In this document: piece after piece, positions 19,357 through 29,499 of the stretch | Numbering within the stretch: the stretch's first letter is position 1 | How the letters are laid out: each line of letters opens with the position of its first letter | Source of the DNA: an uncultured Desulfuromonadales bacterium | Lineage (GTDB): Bacteria > Desulfobacterota > Desulfuromonadia > Geobacterales > CAIOGM01 | Direction: 5' to 3' | DNA: 64,000 bases | Assembly (NCBI GenBank): GCA_903929485.1 | Contig: CAIYUY010000021.1 | Span: forward strand, 830 to 64,829 | Translations under genes and position numbers: made by a program | The notes under the pieces: generated by a model | Databases searched by the model: none | Told to the model about the DNA's origin: nothing | Seen by the model: the letters and a program-made list of their open reading frames with translations, nothing else

Positions 19357-19955
19357 CACCCAAGACCCGTATCTACCTGATTCGCCATGGCGAAGTCGAG
19401 GGGGCGGCATCACCACGCTACAACGGCCAAAGGGACGTGGCGCTCACCCCGCGAGGACGAGAACAGTACCAGGCAATGGCCCAGCGGTTGGCTACAGAAA
19501 AGATCACCGCCTGCTATGCCAGCGATCTCAGTCGTTGCGCCTGGGGGGCCGGCCTCATCGCTCCCTATTTCGGCATCGAACCTCAGCTGACCTCCGCCCT
19601 GCGGGAGCTGAATATCGGTGACTGGGAGGGGATGACCTGGCAGGAACTGATGACATGCTATCCGGCAGAGTGGCAGGCCCGACTGCACGACATCGTCAAC
19701 TTCCGGGTTCCCAACGGCGAGAATCTCCTGGACGTTCAGGCACGGGTCATCCCGAAAATCCGACAGATCGTGGCGGCCCACCCTGATGAAGAGCTCCTGA
19801 TCGTGGGACATGGCGGCGTTAACCGGGTCATTCTCCTGGATGCCCTGGGCGCCCCTCTCTCGTCCCTGTTCAACATGGAGCAGAGCTACTGCGCCCTCAA
19901 CATCATCGATTACTACGACGACGGCAAGACAGTAGTGAAATTGCTGAACGGATAA
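19353..19955 (+). CDS. cobC: Histidine-phosphatase family, alpha-ribazole phosphatase-like
   Basis: RIYLIRHGE..., the conserved His region VGHGGV, and its position downstream of the B12 riboswitch. The start is moved in from 19191. Confidence 0.75.
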   Translation: MTPKTRIYLIRHGEVEGAASPRYNGQRDVALTPRGREQYQAMAQRLATEKITACYASDLSRCAWGAGLIAPYFGIEPQLTSALRELNIGDWEGMTWQELMTCYPAEWQARLHDIVNFRVPNGENLLDVQARVIPKIRQIVAAHPDEELLIVGHGGVNRVILLDALGAPLSSLFNMEQSYCALNIIDYYDDGKTVVKLLNG

Positions 19956-19998
19956 ACGACTATCCGCGGATAGCATCACAATCTTTCTTGGAGTAGCC

Positions 19999-21774
19999 AT
20001 GAACTCCTATCCCACCGTACTGCTGGAATCGTTCAGACCGGGAGAGTTCGGCCGGTCGTTTTTGTTCCATGGACTGAAGCGGATCATCACGGCCCAGAGC
20101 CCCACCCAGGTCATTCCCGCTTTTCTGGAGATCGAAAGCGCCGTCACGGCGGGATACCATGTCGCAGGCTTCGTGGGGTACGAAGCCGCCGCAGCCCTCA
20201 ACCCCGATCTCCCCGCGGGTAAGAGCAGCGATCTCCCGCTCCTCTGGTTCGGCGTCTTTCGGGAGCGGAACCAGGTCACGGCGGGAGAAACCGGCGGACT
20301 GGGAGGTGACTGCCGGGTCACAGCGGCGGCGCCGTCACCGGACGTAGAGAGCTATCGCACGAAAGTGGCTGCAATCCGTGAGTATATCGCCGCCGGCCAT
20401 ACTTATCAGGTCAACTACACGATCCGCCAAAGGTTCACCGTTGACGGCGACCCGTTCGCCCTTTACCGCCGCATCTGCCGCAACCAGCGGGCCCCCTTCT
20501 CGGCCTGGATCGACACCGGCCGTTTCACAATCCTCTCCGCTTCACCGGAACTTTTTTTCTCCCTGAAAAACGGCAATCTGATGATGCGCCCCATGAAGGG
20601 AACGGCGCCCCGGTCACCTGCCCCTGACGATGACCGCCTCGCCGAAAAGGAGCTCCGGGAAAGTTCCAAGGAGCGAGCGGAAAATATCATGATCGTGGAC
20701 CTGGTGAGAAACGATCTTTCCGTCATCGCCCAGCCCGGCACGGTAGCGGTGACATCGCTCCTGGATCCGGAAAGCTATCCCACGGTTCACCAGCTGACCT
20801 CCACGGTGACGGCGCGGCTAAAGGTTGGAACCCCCCTGGTGGATATCTTCCGGGCGCTCTTCCCCTGCGGCTCGGTGACCGGCGCCCCCAAGAGACGAAC
20901 CATGGAGATCATCAACCAACAGGAAGAGTCCCCGCGTGGAGTCTACTGTGGGGCGGTCGGTTTCATCTCTCCCGGACCGGAGGCGCTGTTCAGCGTCGCC
21001 ATCCGGACGGCGCTCCTGGACAGAGAGAAGGGGACCGGCGAACTGGGAATCGGCAGCGGGATTACCTGGGACTCCCGCGCCGGAGCCGAATTTGCGGAGT
21101 GCCTGGCCAAGTCCGCTTTTTTGACGATGGAAGCAAACGATTTTTCCCTGCTGGAGAGCATCCTTTGGGAGGAGGGCTCATTCTTCCTCCTGGACCGGCA
21201 TCTGCGCCGGTTGGCGCTCTCCGCCCGACGGTTCGGGTTCCGGTTCGACCTCCCCCTGATCATCGGGATGCTGGAGGACGCCGTAAGAGAGCTCGCCACG
21301 CCGCACAAGATCCGGCTGCTCCTCTCCGCCGACGGTGATACGACCCTGGAGGCTCTCCCCCTCCCCCCACCCCCGGCAAACCAGGCGCCGGCATTGGTGG
21401 CTCTTGCAAAGCAGCGGGTCAGTTCCTCCGACCTGTTTCTCTACCACAAGACAACGCGACGGACGCTCTACGACCAGGAGCGACGCCGGCGACCGGAGTG
21501 CGCCGATGTCATCTTCCTGAACGAAAGAGACGAGATAACCGAGGGGAGTTACACCAACGTGGTGGCTCTTCTTGATGGTGAACTGGTCACACCGCCGGTA
21601 CGGTGCGCTCTTCTCCCCGGCACGTTCCGGGAGGAGCTCATTGAAAAAGGAATCCTCCGGGAAAAGATGCTGACCCTGGCGGATCTCCGGAGAGCCGACA
21701 AACTCCTCCTCATCAATTCGGTGCGACGGTGGCAAAAGGTGTATCTGGCCTCCGATTGTTCTCTTGACGTTTAA
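19999..21774 (+). CDS. pabB: Aminodeoxychorismate synthase component I fused to aminodeoxychorismate lyase
   Basis: The chorismate-binding core (SPELFF...MRPMKGT...ENIMIVDLVRND...GSVTGAPK...GIGSGI) is followed by a class-IV aminotransferase-like C-terminal domain. Confidence 0.85.
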   Translation: MNSYPTVLLESFRPGEFGRSFLFHGLKRIITAQSPTQVIPAFLEIESAVTAGYHVAGFVGYEAAAALNPDLPAGKSSDLPLLWFGVFRERNQVTAGETGGLGGDCRVTAAAPSPDVESYRTKVAAIREYIAAGHTYQVNYTIRQRFTVDGDPFALYRRICRNQRAPFSAWIDTGRFTILSASPELFFSLKNGNLMMRPMKGTAPRSPAPDDDRLAEKELRESSKERAENIMIVDLVRNDLSVIAQPGTVAVTSLLDPESYPTVHQLTSTVTARLKVGTPLVDIFRALFPCGSVTGAPKRRTMEIINQQEESPRGVYCGAVGFISPGPEALFSVAIRTALLDREKGTGELGIGSGITWDSRAGAEFAECLAKSAFLTMEANDFSLLESILWEEGSFFLLDRHLRRLALSARRFGFRFDLPLIIGMLEDAVRELATPHKIRLLLSADGDTTLEALPLPPPPANQAPALVALAKQRVSSSDLFLYHKTTRRTLYDQERRRRPECADVIFLNERDEITEGSYTNVVALLDGELVTPPVRCALLPGTFREELIEKGILREKMLTLADLRRADKLLLINSVRRWQKVYLASDCSLDV

Positions 21775-21798
21775 CGCTCCGCATTATACCCTCTCCCC

Positions 21799-21993
21799 AT
21801 GATAAAGGCCTTTCGTTTCAAGTAGACAGAGGCACTGTTTGAGGGGAAACGCCCTCACGGGTTCCACTCCTTGGAGGAGAAACATATGAACCCGATAAAT
21901 AAAATGCGCCCAATTCATCCCGGGGAGATATTACGTGAGGAATTCCTTGTTCCCATGACCATGAGCGCTCATGCACATGAATCTCAATACTGA
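21799..21993 (+). pseudogene. higA: higB/higA scraps
   Basis: MIKAFRFK* (21799-21825) resembles a HigB N-terminus. MNPINKMRPIHPGEILREEFLVPMTMSAHAHESQY* (21886-21993, GGAGGAG RBS) resembles the first third of HigA only. Confidence 0.55.
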
Positions 21994-22432
21994 TCATTAC
22001 GCTCGTTGCATCCGGACACTGGAAGCCTCTCTTGTCCATCTGGAAAAGGCCGAAGCGGAGAGTAGCGAGTTCGAAATCTTTCGCAATGCCGTGGTGAAGG
22101 GGTTTGAATTGACACTGCTCCCCCTGTTCGTGGCGGATGCCCGGGTGCTGGCCTATGGCAGCCGCGTTACCGGCGCCTCCCACGAAGGGAGCGATCTGGA
22201 CCTCATCGCATGTAACCCCCATGACCGATCCAGCTCGCTGCCAGGGGTGACGGCCCTGCGTGAAGCCTTTTCCCAGAGCGATCTCCCTATTTTGATTGAT
22301 GTTCTTAATTGGGCGCGAATCCCCGAGAGCTTCCGACAGGAGATCACCGGGAGTGAAACCGTTACGGTTTATCCGTTAAGTTATTCCAACTATCCAGGGG
22401 TGATCCCATGCCTGAACGAAGAACACGACTGA
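21971..22432 (+). pseudogene. Chimeric ORF: HEPN (HI0074-type) N-terminal fragment fused to an MNT nucleotidyltransferase core
   Basis: CIRTLEASLVHLEKAE...FEIFRNAVVKGFELTL is joined directly to ARVLAYGSRVTGASHEGSDLDLI...LPILIDVLNWARIPESFRQEI. Confidence 0.55.
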
Positions 22433-22569
22433 AAATTATCTTCCTCATCATAATCATCCTCCCTACGCTCTACTTCGCCTTCACCTTTTTCACCCTGGGC
22501 CCCAAGCCGTACACCGGAGGGGATGAGACAGTGGTGAAGAAGATCTCCGGAGAGCATGGGCGGCAGTGA
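22408..22569 (+). CDS. Small single-TM protein (53 aa)
   Basis: My translation gives MPERRTRLKIIFLIIIILPTLYFAFTFFTLGPKPYTGGDETVVKKISGEHGRQ*. It falls below the ORF-track length cutoff. Confidence 0.35.
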   Translation: MPERRTRLKIIFLIIIILPTLYFAFTFFTLGPKPYTGGDETVVKKISGEHGRQ

Positions 22570-22594
22570 CGGAACAACGAAAGTAGGGAGCTGA

Positions 22595-23065
22595 ATGAAA
22601 GAGTTCATGATCACGCCGGTGGGGATCATCCATTCCCCTTTTTCGACCAAGGAAGAGGCGCCCATCCAGGGAGCATTCGTACCGGACGCCGTGGGAAAGG
22701 TGGAACTTTTTCCCCACTACGCCGCCGGGCTCAAGGATATGGAGGGGTTTTCCCACCTTTTCCTCCTCTACCGCTTTGACCGCGCCGGAGAGGTGGAACT
22801 GGTGCGCCCTACCTTCCTGGATGACGAACCTCACGGCATCTTCGCCACCAGGCACCCCTGCCGCCCCAACGGCATCGGGATGACCGTGGTCCGCCTCCTG
22901 GGACGGGAGGGAAACATTCTCACCGTCACCGGCATCGACGTGCTGGACGGGACGCCTCTTCTGGATATCAAACCATACGTTCCCCGGTTCGACGCCCACC
23001 CCGAGGCCGCCTCCGGATGGTTCGCCGGCAAGGAACCACGAATCAAACCGACGGGGCGTGAATAA
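22595..23065 (+). CDS. trmO: tRNA (m6t6A37) methyltransferase TrmO (YaeB/TsaA family)
   Basis: PVGIIHSPF...APIQG...FSHLFLLY...RPNGIGMTVV...GTPLLDIKPY. Confidence 0.9.
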   Translation: MKEFMITPVGIIHSPFSTKEEAPIQGAFVPDAVGKVELFPHYAAGLKDMEGFSHLFLLYRFDRAGEVELVRPTFLDDEPHGIFATRHPCRPNGIGMTVVRLLGREGNILTVTGIDVLDGTPLLDIKPYVPRFDAHPEAASGWFAGKEPRIKPTGRE

Positions 23066-23067
23066 AA

Positions 23068-26000
23068 ATGCCAACCATGGAACAACCATCAACTCTCCCT
23101 GAAATCCCCCAGGAACTGCGAGACCGGCTGCGTGAGCTGGCGCCGGCTCCCAAGCCCGGCATGAAGAAGCTGCTCGCCAAGATCCAGGCGCTTCCCCCCC
23201 TGGAATCGGAACTGCTGCAGCTCCTCTCCATCATCCATACCCAGGTGGCCCGAACAGCGCTGGCGCACTGCATGGCAAAGGCGGAAGTTCGGATCGGGAG
23301 CGCGAAAACCATCTCCCTGCCGCTCCTTGCCCCCCTGCTCAAGCGGCTCCTTCTGGATGGACTGATCTCCGACACGACAACCCACGTCCGCTGCCTCCCC
23401 GCCATCGCCGAGATCATGACCCGTCAGGCGCTCCGTTCCGACCGTTTCGAAGCCATGGCCACGGCGGTGAAGACGCAGTTCCCCCAAAACAGATGGTCCT
23501 ACCTGCTGTACCAAAATTATGGCGAATGTCTTCGGGATATCCGGATCTATCTGTACCGCAATGAGATACCGTTCCTGGACGAGGCGCTTACCTTCGCATA
23601 CAAGCAGTTCGCCATGGAGTGCCGGAAGGAAGATCCCCTGGTCGCCATCTGCCTCAAGCAGTTCGACCCGGAGTTCCTTGGCGCATGTATGCCGGAGATT
23701 ATCCAGAACGCCATCATCACCGCGCTGGATACCGACTTCGAAAAACTGGACGGCTCCTCGGCTCTGCCCTTCTCCCTTCTGGAGCTTCTGGCCACCGGTT
23801 GCCCCAAGCGATTTACCGGTCTCTGGTATCCCTACGCCTTTGAGCTGATCATGCGCGGCCGTGCGGCTGAAGCTCTGCAAATTCTGGAACCGTACCCGGG
23901 GGTAAGCGCCCAAGGGCTGCGCGGTTTTGTCGCCTTCCTCCAGGGTGATGACGCCACTGCCGTCAGCCACTACGAGAGCGGCCTGGCTCTCCAGAGAAAA
24001 AGCAGCGGTAAGAAGAAGATCTTCTACACCGGCTTTTCCGGCTATTTCTTCATCCTTGCCCTCATCCGGAGCGCCAACCCCCAGCGACTGGAGCAAGCAC
24101 GGGAGTACCTGGATATCGTCGCCAAGAGGAAGGGCGAAAACTTCAACCAGATATACTGGCTCCTGGGACTCCTGGTCACGTTTCTCCAGGGGCAACCAAC
24201 CGTGATGAAGCAGCACGAGACATCGGCTCTTCTCCGGCAGGGCTCCCCCTTTCAGCAGTACCTCTTCGCCCTGGTGCTTCACTGGACCGGAAGCGACCAT
24301 GCCGCGGACCACGCCATGAACCTGGCGGGATTGTCCCTGAAGGCCGGGAAAGCCGGCTACGCCTGGCTGGCCTCCGAAATGTTGCTGCTCCACGAGACCC
24401 TCGCCGAAAAGACGCAAGAGCCCCCCTCCTTTTTTGCTGAACGCGGAGTAGTCAGCATGATCTCCCTCATAAAAAAACGCTCTTCATGGGAAAACGCCCT
24501 GGAGGCGCTCATCGGCATGGGGAGACCGGGGGAAAGGGGGGAAACTTCACAAAAAAAAGGTTCCCGGCTGGTTTGGCAGTTGTCACAACAACACGAATCG
24601 GTGGAGATCCAACCCCTGGAACAGAAGCTTTCCGCTTCGGGAAACTGGTCCAAGGGGCGCACCGTGGCGCTGAAACGGCTGAAAAACGACGCCGACCAGT
24701 TTGACTATCTCTCCATTCAGGACCGCAACGTCTGCCTGGCCATCGTGTACGAGCGGTACGGTTATTACGGGGGGGAGAGCTATTTCATGGACACCGATCG
24801 GGCGCTACCGGCCCTGGCGGGACATCCCTACCTCTTCCTCAACGCCGCGGACAACCAGCGTCTGGAATTGGTGCGAGGAGAACCGGAGCTTCTGGTCACC
24901 CGGAAAGGGAAACAGGTGATCCTGACCCTGACACCGGAACTGCCGCAAGAGCAGGAGAATCTGATTGTCCGAGAGAGCGCCACCCGGTGGAAAGTGGTGG
25001 AGATTACCCAGGAACATCGGCGGATTGCCTCGGTTCTGGGGTCGGGACTGAAAGTTCCCGCGGATGCCGAGGAGCGTGTCAAGGCGGCCATCGCGGCCCT
25101 GGCCACCCGACTGACGATCCACTCCGACATAGGTGGAGAGCTCCCCATTGAATCGGTTCCCGTGGACGGGCGGATCGTGATCCAGCTCCGCCCCCACGGC
25201 GACGGACTCTCCGTGGAACTGCTGGTACGTCCCTTCGGCGAGGCCGGCCCCGCATTCCGCCCCGGCGTCGGAGGGGAGACGGTGGTGGCCGAACTGTTGG
25301 GGAAACGGCTCCAGACCCGGCGCGATCCGACGGAAGAGAGTGCGGTGGCCCAGCGGGTGATCAAGGCGCTCCCCACTCTGCACTCCGCCGAAAGTGACGG
25401 TTGTGAATGGTCGCTAGGTGACCCCGAGAACTGCCTGGAACTACTCCTGGAGCTGCAGGAACTGCCGGATGACACGGTGGTCTTCTGGCCGGAAGGGGAG
25501 CGGCTCCGGGTGAGTCGACAGGTTTCCTCGTCCCGCTTGTCACTCTCCATCAAACAGGCCAAGGATTGGTTCGCACTCACCGGGGAACTGACCCTGGATG
25601 ACGGCCAGCTGCTTGACATGCGGAAACTGGTGGAACTGGCCGGACTGGAGAGGGGGCGGTTCCTCCCCCTGGAAGACGGGACCTATCTCGCCCTGACGTC
25701 CGAGTTCCGGAGGAGGCTGGACGAACTGCGCGCCTTCAGCGAAGAGCAGGGGAAGGGGCTCCGCTTCCATCCCCTGGCGGCCCCGGCCCTGGAAGATTTT
25801 CTGGCCGAAGCCGGTAAGGTTACCATAGATTCCGGCTGGAAAAAGCTCTTGGACCGGCTCCACTCCGGTGAAGAGTTGCAGCCGATAATCCCCTCCACGC
25901 TGCAGGCGACCCTGCGCGATTATCAGATGGAAGGGTTTGCCTGGCTGGCGCGACTGGCCCACTGGGGGGTGGGAGCCTGCCTGGCCGACGACATGGGACT

Positions 26001-27330
26001 GGGGAAGACCCTTCAGGCCCTGGCTCTCATTCTGACCCGGGCGACGGCGGGACCAACCCTGGTGGTGGCCCCCACCTCGGTCTGTATCAACTGGGAAGCG
26101 GAATGCGCCCGTTTCGCCCCCACCCTCACTGTTCGGACCTTCGGTCCCGGCGACCGTGCAAAATTTCTGGAATCCCTCATCCCCTTCGACCTGGTGGTCT
26201 GCAGTTACGGGCTCCTTCAGCAGGAAGCGGAGCTGCTGTCAAGGATCCGGTGGGAGACACTCCTCCTGGACGAGGCCCAGGCCATAAAGAACATGGCCAC
26301 CCAACGCTCGCAGGCGGCCATGTCCCTCCAGGCAGGTTTTCGATTCATTACCACCGGGACTCCGCTGGAAAACCATCTGGGGGAGCTCTGGAACCTGTTC
26401 CGCTTCATCAATCCCGGGCTACTGGGGTCACACAAGAGCTTTTCCAACCGTTTTTCAGGTCCCATCGAACGGCAGCAGGACAAGAAGGCCCGGGGGCATC
26501 TCAAGACACTGATCCGCCCCTTCATCCTCCGCCGGACCAAGAGTCAGGTGCTTCAGGAGCTTCCTTCCCGCACGGAGATCATCCATCATGTGGAGCTGAG
26601 CGGCGAGGAGATGGCCTTCTACGAGGCGCTTCGACAGCAGGCAGTGGAGAAACTCTCTTCCGCCGATGGTTCAGAGGGGGATAAACGGTTCCGGATCCTG
26701 GCGGAGCTAATGCGACTCCGCCGGGCCTGCTGCAACCCGCGGCTGGTCATGCCCCAGGTGGGACTCCACGGCGCCAAACTGACAGCCTTCACCGAGATCG
26801 TGGAAGAGTTGCTGGAAGGAGGGCACAAGGCCCTGGTCTTCAGCCAGTTCGTGGATCACCTGGCCATTATCCGCCAAGAGCTGGAGCTCCGGAAGATCAG
26901 CTATCAGTATCTGGACGGCTCGACCCCCATCAAGGAGCGGCAGAAAAGCGTCACCTCCTTCCAAGCCGGGGAAGGAGATCTGTTCCTTATCAGCCTCAAG
27001 GCCGGCGGGGTGGGGCTCAACCTGACGGCGGCGGACTATGTCATCCATATGGATCCCTGGTGGAATCCGGCGGTGGAAGACCAGGCATCGGATCGCGCCC
27101 ATAGGATCGGACAACAGCGACCGGTAACCATCTACCGGCTGGTGGCGAAAAACACCATCGAGGAGCAGATCGTGGCGCTCCACAGCCAGAAGCGGGATCT
27201 GGCCGACTCACTCCTGGAGGGGAGCGACCTGGGTAGCAGGGTCACGGCGGCGGATCTGCTGGCTCTGTTGCGGAAGGAGCAGAGCTCCGGCGAGCAACGT
27301 GAAAAGCAGTGGGATACGGATCGAATCTGA
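23068..27330 (+). CDS. SNF2/RapA-family helicase with ~950-aa N-terminal extension
   Basis: LRDYQMEGFAWL...DDMGLGKT, LLLDEAQAIKN and the C-terminal helicase motifs (QASDRAHRIGQ). The N-terminal region is not assignable by eye. Confidence 0.9.
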   Translation: MPTMEQPSTLPEIPQELRDRLRELAPAPKPGMKKLLAKIQALPPLESELLQLLSIIHTQVARTALAHCMAKAEVRIGSAKTISLPLLAPLLKRLLLDGLISDTTTHVRCLPAIAEIMTRQALRSDRFEAMATAVKTQFPQNRWSYLLYQNYGECLRDIRIYLYRNEIPFLDEALTFAYKQFAMECRKEDPLVAICLKQFDPEFLGACMPEIIQNAIITALDTDFEKLDGSSALPFSLLELLATGCPKRFTGLWYPYAFELIMRGRAAEALQILEPYPGVSAQGLRGFVAFLQGDDATAVSHYESGLALQRKSSGKKKIFYTGFSGYFFILALIRSANPQRLEQAREYLDIVAKRKGENFNQIYWLLGLLVTFLQGQPTVMKQHETSALLRQGSPFQQYLFALVLHWTGSDHAADHAMNLAGLSLKAGKAGYAWLASEMLLLHETLAEKTQEPPSFFAERGVVSMISLIKKRSSWENALEALIGMGRPGERGETSQKKGSRLVWQLSQQHESVEIQPLEQKLSASGNWSKGRTVALKRLKNDADQFDYLSIQDRNVCLAIVYERYGYYGGESYFMDTDRALPALAGHPYLFLNAADNQRLELVRGEPELLVTRKGKQVILTLTPELPQEQENLIVRESATRWKVVEITQEHRRIASVLGSGLKVPADAEERVKAAIAALATRLTIHSDIGGELPIESVPVDGRIVIQLRPHGDGLSVELLVRPFGEAGPAFRPGVGGETVVAELLGKRLQTRRDPTEESAVAQRVIKALPTLHSAESDGCEWSLGDPENCLELLLELQELPDDTVVFWPEGERLRVSRQVSSSRLSLSIKQAKDWFALTGELTLDDGQLLDMRKLVELAGLERGRFLPLEDGTYLALTSEFRRRLDELRAFSEEQGKGLRFHPLAAPALEDFLAEAGKVTIDSGWKKLLDRLHSGEELQPIIPSTLQATLRDYQMEGFAWLARLAHWGVGACLADDMGLGKTLQALALILTRATAGPTLVVAPTSVCINWEAECARFAPTLTVRTFGPGDRAKFLESLIPFDLVVCSYGLLQQEAELLSRIRWETLLLDEAQAIKNMATQRSQAAMSLQAGFRFITTGTPLENHLGELWNLFRFINPGLLGSHKSFSNRFSGPIERQQDKKARGHLKTLIRPFILRRTKSQVLQELPSRTEIIHHVELSGEEMAFYEALRQQAVEKLSSADGSEGDKRFRILAELMRLRRACCNPRLVMPQVGLHGAKLTAFTEIVEELLEGGHKALVFSQFVDHLAIIRQELELRKISYQYLDGSTPIKERQKSVTSFQAGEGDLFLISLKAGGVGLNLTAADYVIHMDPWWNPAVEDQASDRAHRIGQQRPVTIYRLVAKNTIEEQIVALHSQKRDLADSLLEGSDLGSRVTAADLLALLRKEQSSGEQREKQWDTDRI

Positions 27331-27430
27331 TCGGGACGAAATAAATTAATTTTCAAAAAAAAGGTTGCTATCCGTGACGCCATGGTTGTATTACCTTGAT
27401 TAGCTTCAACTCTCTTATGAGGTAACAACT

Positions 27431-29260
27431 ATGTCGACACCGATACTCTGGTTGCTGCTGATCCTGGTGATTTCCGGCTTCCTGTTTTTTGACTTGAATG
27501 TGGCGTGGAACCATTACCGAAACACACAACACGACGCCGACGCCGGCTGGCCTTTTGTCCGATGGTGGGCTCAAGAGAACAGGGGCAAACTCGCCATGCT
27601 CTGCGGGGTGATTTTCGTCACCTCATCGGCCATACTCCTTCAGGAACATACTCTGCGGCTCCCTGACATCCGGAGCCGGGTGGTTCTCGCAAGACAGGCG
27701 CTCTGGGGAATGGCTCTCCTCCTCCTGGTGGGCGCTTTTCTCTCCTTTGACCTGAGCGTGGCCTGGAAACATTACCGTAACACCCAGGATCACGCCGTCG
27801 CCGGCCGGCCGTTCATTCTCTGGTGGGTAAAAGAGAATAGGGCCAAGCTTGCCATACTCTGCGGGGTGATTCTCCTTACGTCACTCCCACTCTTCCTGCC
27901 GGAGCAGACACTCCTCCTCCCTGACATCCGGAGCCTGCTGGCTCTCACGAGAAGGGCAAAATGGGCCGGGGGAGCGATCTTTCTCGTAGGCGCCTTTGTA
28001 CTCTTCGATCTCCTCTCCTGGCGATACTATCACAGCGGCCGGGGAGAAGCGGCCACCGGAGTGCAGTTCTACCAGTGGTGGATCAGAAAGAGTTCCATGA
28101 AATTCTGTGCCGCGGCCGGAGTAGCATGTCTCGTCCTGGGGGGCGCCTGGGGGGTAAACCGCTACAATAACCAGCTGCAGTTGAAATCCGAGAGCTCCGG
28201 CTACATTACCAGCGCCCACCGATACTACCGGGAAAAGAAGTTCCAGGAGGCAACGCTGGAACTGCGTAACGCCATCAAACAAAATCCCGGCGATTACGAG
28301 GCATACCTCTGGCTGGCCCGCTCCTACTGGCAATTGGGAAGCCTGACCGAAGCTCGTGACGCTTACCGGGAGGCGCTCCGGGTGGAAGCAAAACTCCCCT
28401 CGGCCCACCTGGAGCTTGGTCGGCTGGCCCTTATCATGAAGGAGCCGGCAGTGGCCCTGACGGAGGCGGGTGAAGCGGCCCGTCTGGCGCCTGAAAATGT
28501 AGAGCCCCGGTTGCTGCTGGCCCAGATTCAGAGCGGAACCGGCAACCGGTCAGAGGCGCTGGAGCAATGCCGAACGATACTGGAAGGAGAGTTCTCCTCG
28601 CCGGAACTCCGGCAACAACTCATCGTCCTCCTGCTACGGCAACATGCGCCCGCCGAGGCTCTTCATGCCGCCGATGCGGGGCTCGCTAAAATCCCCCATG
28701 ACCAGCCGCTCCGGTACTTGCAGGCTCAAGCACTGGAAGATCTGAATCGTTTCGACGAAGCCGAGAATGTGCTCCGAAGTATCGCCGCCGATACGGCCGC
28801 CCCGGAACCTTGTCTTGCCCTGGGCGACCTGATGATTCAGCGGGGGAAACATCAGGAGGCCCTGAAAGAGTATGAAACGGCGCTGAGACGGGCGCCGAAC
28901 CATGATCGGGCCATGAACAACTTCGCCAGCGTCAATGCGGAATACGGCTTCGACATTGAGCGCTCCGCGACCCTGGCGGCGCGGCTCTACAACAGACAAC
29001 CCAGGAATCCCACCGTTGCCGACACCCTGGGGTGGACCCTTTTCCGGCAGGGGAAGATAGAGCTGGCCCTGCCGCTCCTGCGGCAGGGGGTGGCCGGGAT
29101 ACCCGACAACCCGGTACATCGGTACCACCTGGGAGCGGCGCTCATAAAAAGCGGCCAAGGGGCAGCCGGGAACAGGGAACTCTCCACGGCGCTCCAAATT
29201 TCCGAAGCTTTCGACGGCGCGGCCAAGGCCCGGGAGTTGATACAACTAAACAGGAGCTGA
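27431..29260 (+). CDS. Membrane-anchored TPR-repeat protein (paralog 2, three N-terminal membrane modules)
   Basis: Three ~85-aa modules (FDLNVAWNHYRNTQ..., FDLSVAWKHYRNTQ..., FDLLSWRYYHSG...), then TPR repeats. The tail ADTLGWTLFRQGK...HRYHLGAALIK is like that of 12124-13692. Confidence 0.75.
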   Translation: MSTPILWLLLILVISGFLFFDLNVAWNHYRNTQHDADAGWPFVRWWAQENRGKLAMLCGVIFVTSSAILLQEHTLRLPDIRSRVVLARQALWGMALLLLVGAFLSFDLSVAWKHYRNTQDHAVAGRPFILWWVKENRAKLAILCGVILLTSLPLFLPEQTLLLPDIRSLLALTRRAKWAGGAIFLVGAFVLFDLLSWRYYHSGRGEAATGVQFYQWWIRKSSMKFCAAAGVACLVLGGAWGVNRYNNQLQLKSESSGYITSAHRYYREKKFQEATLELRNAIKQNPGDYEAYLWLARSYWQLGSLTEARDAYREALRVEAKLPSAHLELGRLALIMKEPAVALTEAGEAARLAPENVEPRLLLAQIQSGTGNRSEALEQCRTILEGEFSSPELRQQLIVLLLRQHAPAEALHAADAGLAKIPHDQPLRYLQAQALEDLNRFDEAENVLRSIAADTAAPEPCLALGDLMIQRGKHQEALKEYETALRRAPNHDRAMNNFASVNAEYGFDIERSATLAARLYNRQPRNPTVADTLGWTLFRQGKIELALPLLRQGVAGIPDNPVHRYHLGAALIKSGQGAAGNRELSTALQISEAFDGAAKARELIQLNRS

Positions 29261-29499
29261 AGGATAAACGTTGGCCATAAGATATAACCCTAGTCGCGAC
29301 GCACGTAGCCGATCACCGTCACTCCCGCCACGCCTTTACCCCAAAAAGACTGTACAAAAAGAACCAACCAAGGGGAGCCCAGACAAAACCCTGTTTCTTT
29401 GTTGCATCCATTCGGGCATCCGGCGTATTATAGCGATCGGCTCATGGGCTTCTAGAATCAATCCTATTCGAAACGGGCGCTTCAGACTTCGCACCGATT

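Noticed and set aside
23089-24417. 442-aa minus-strand ORF
   Set aside because: It is antisense to the SNF2 gene, has shadow-ORF composition and contains no motifs.
12124-29260. The two TPR paralogs in inverted orientation as substrates for inversion of the intervening 14 kb
   Set aside because: DNA identity between them is only moderate by eye, with no long identical tracts.
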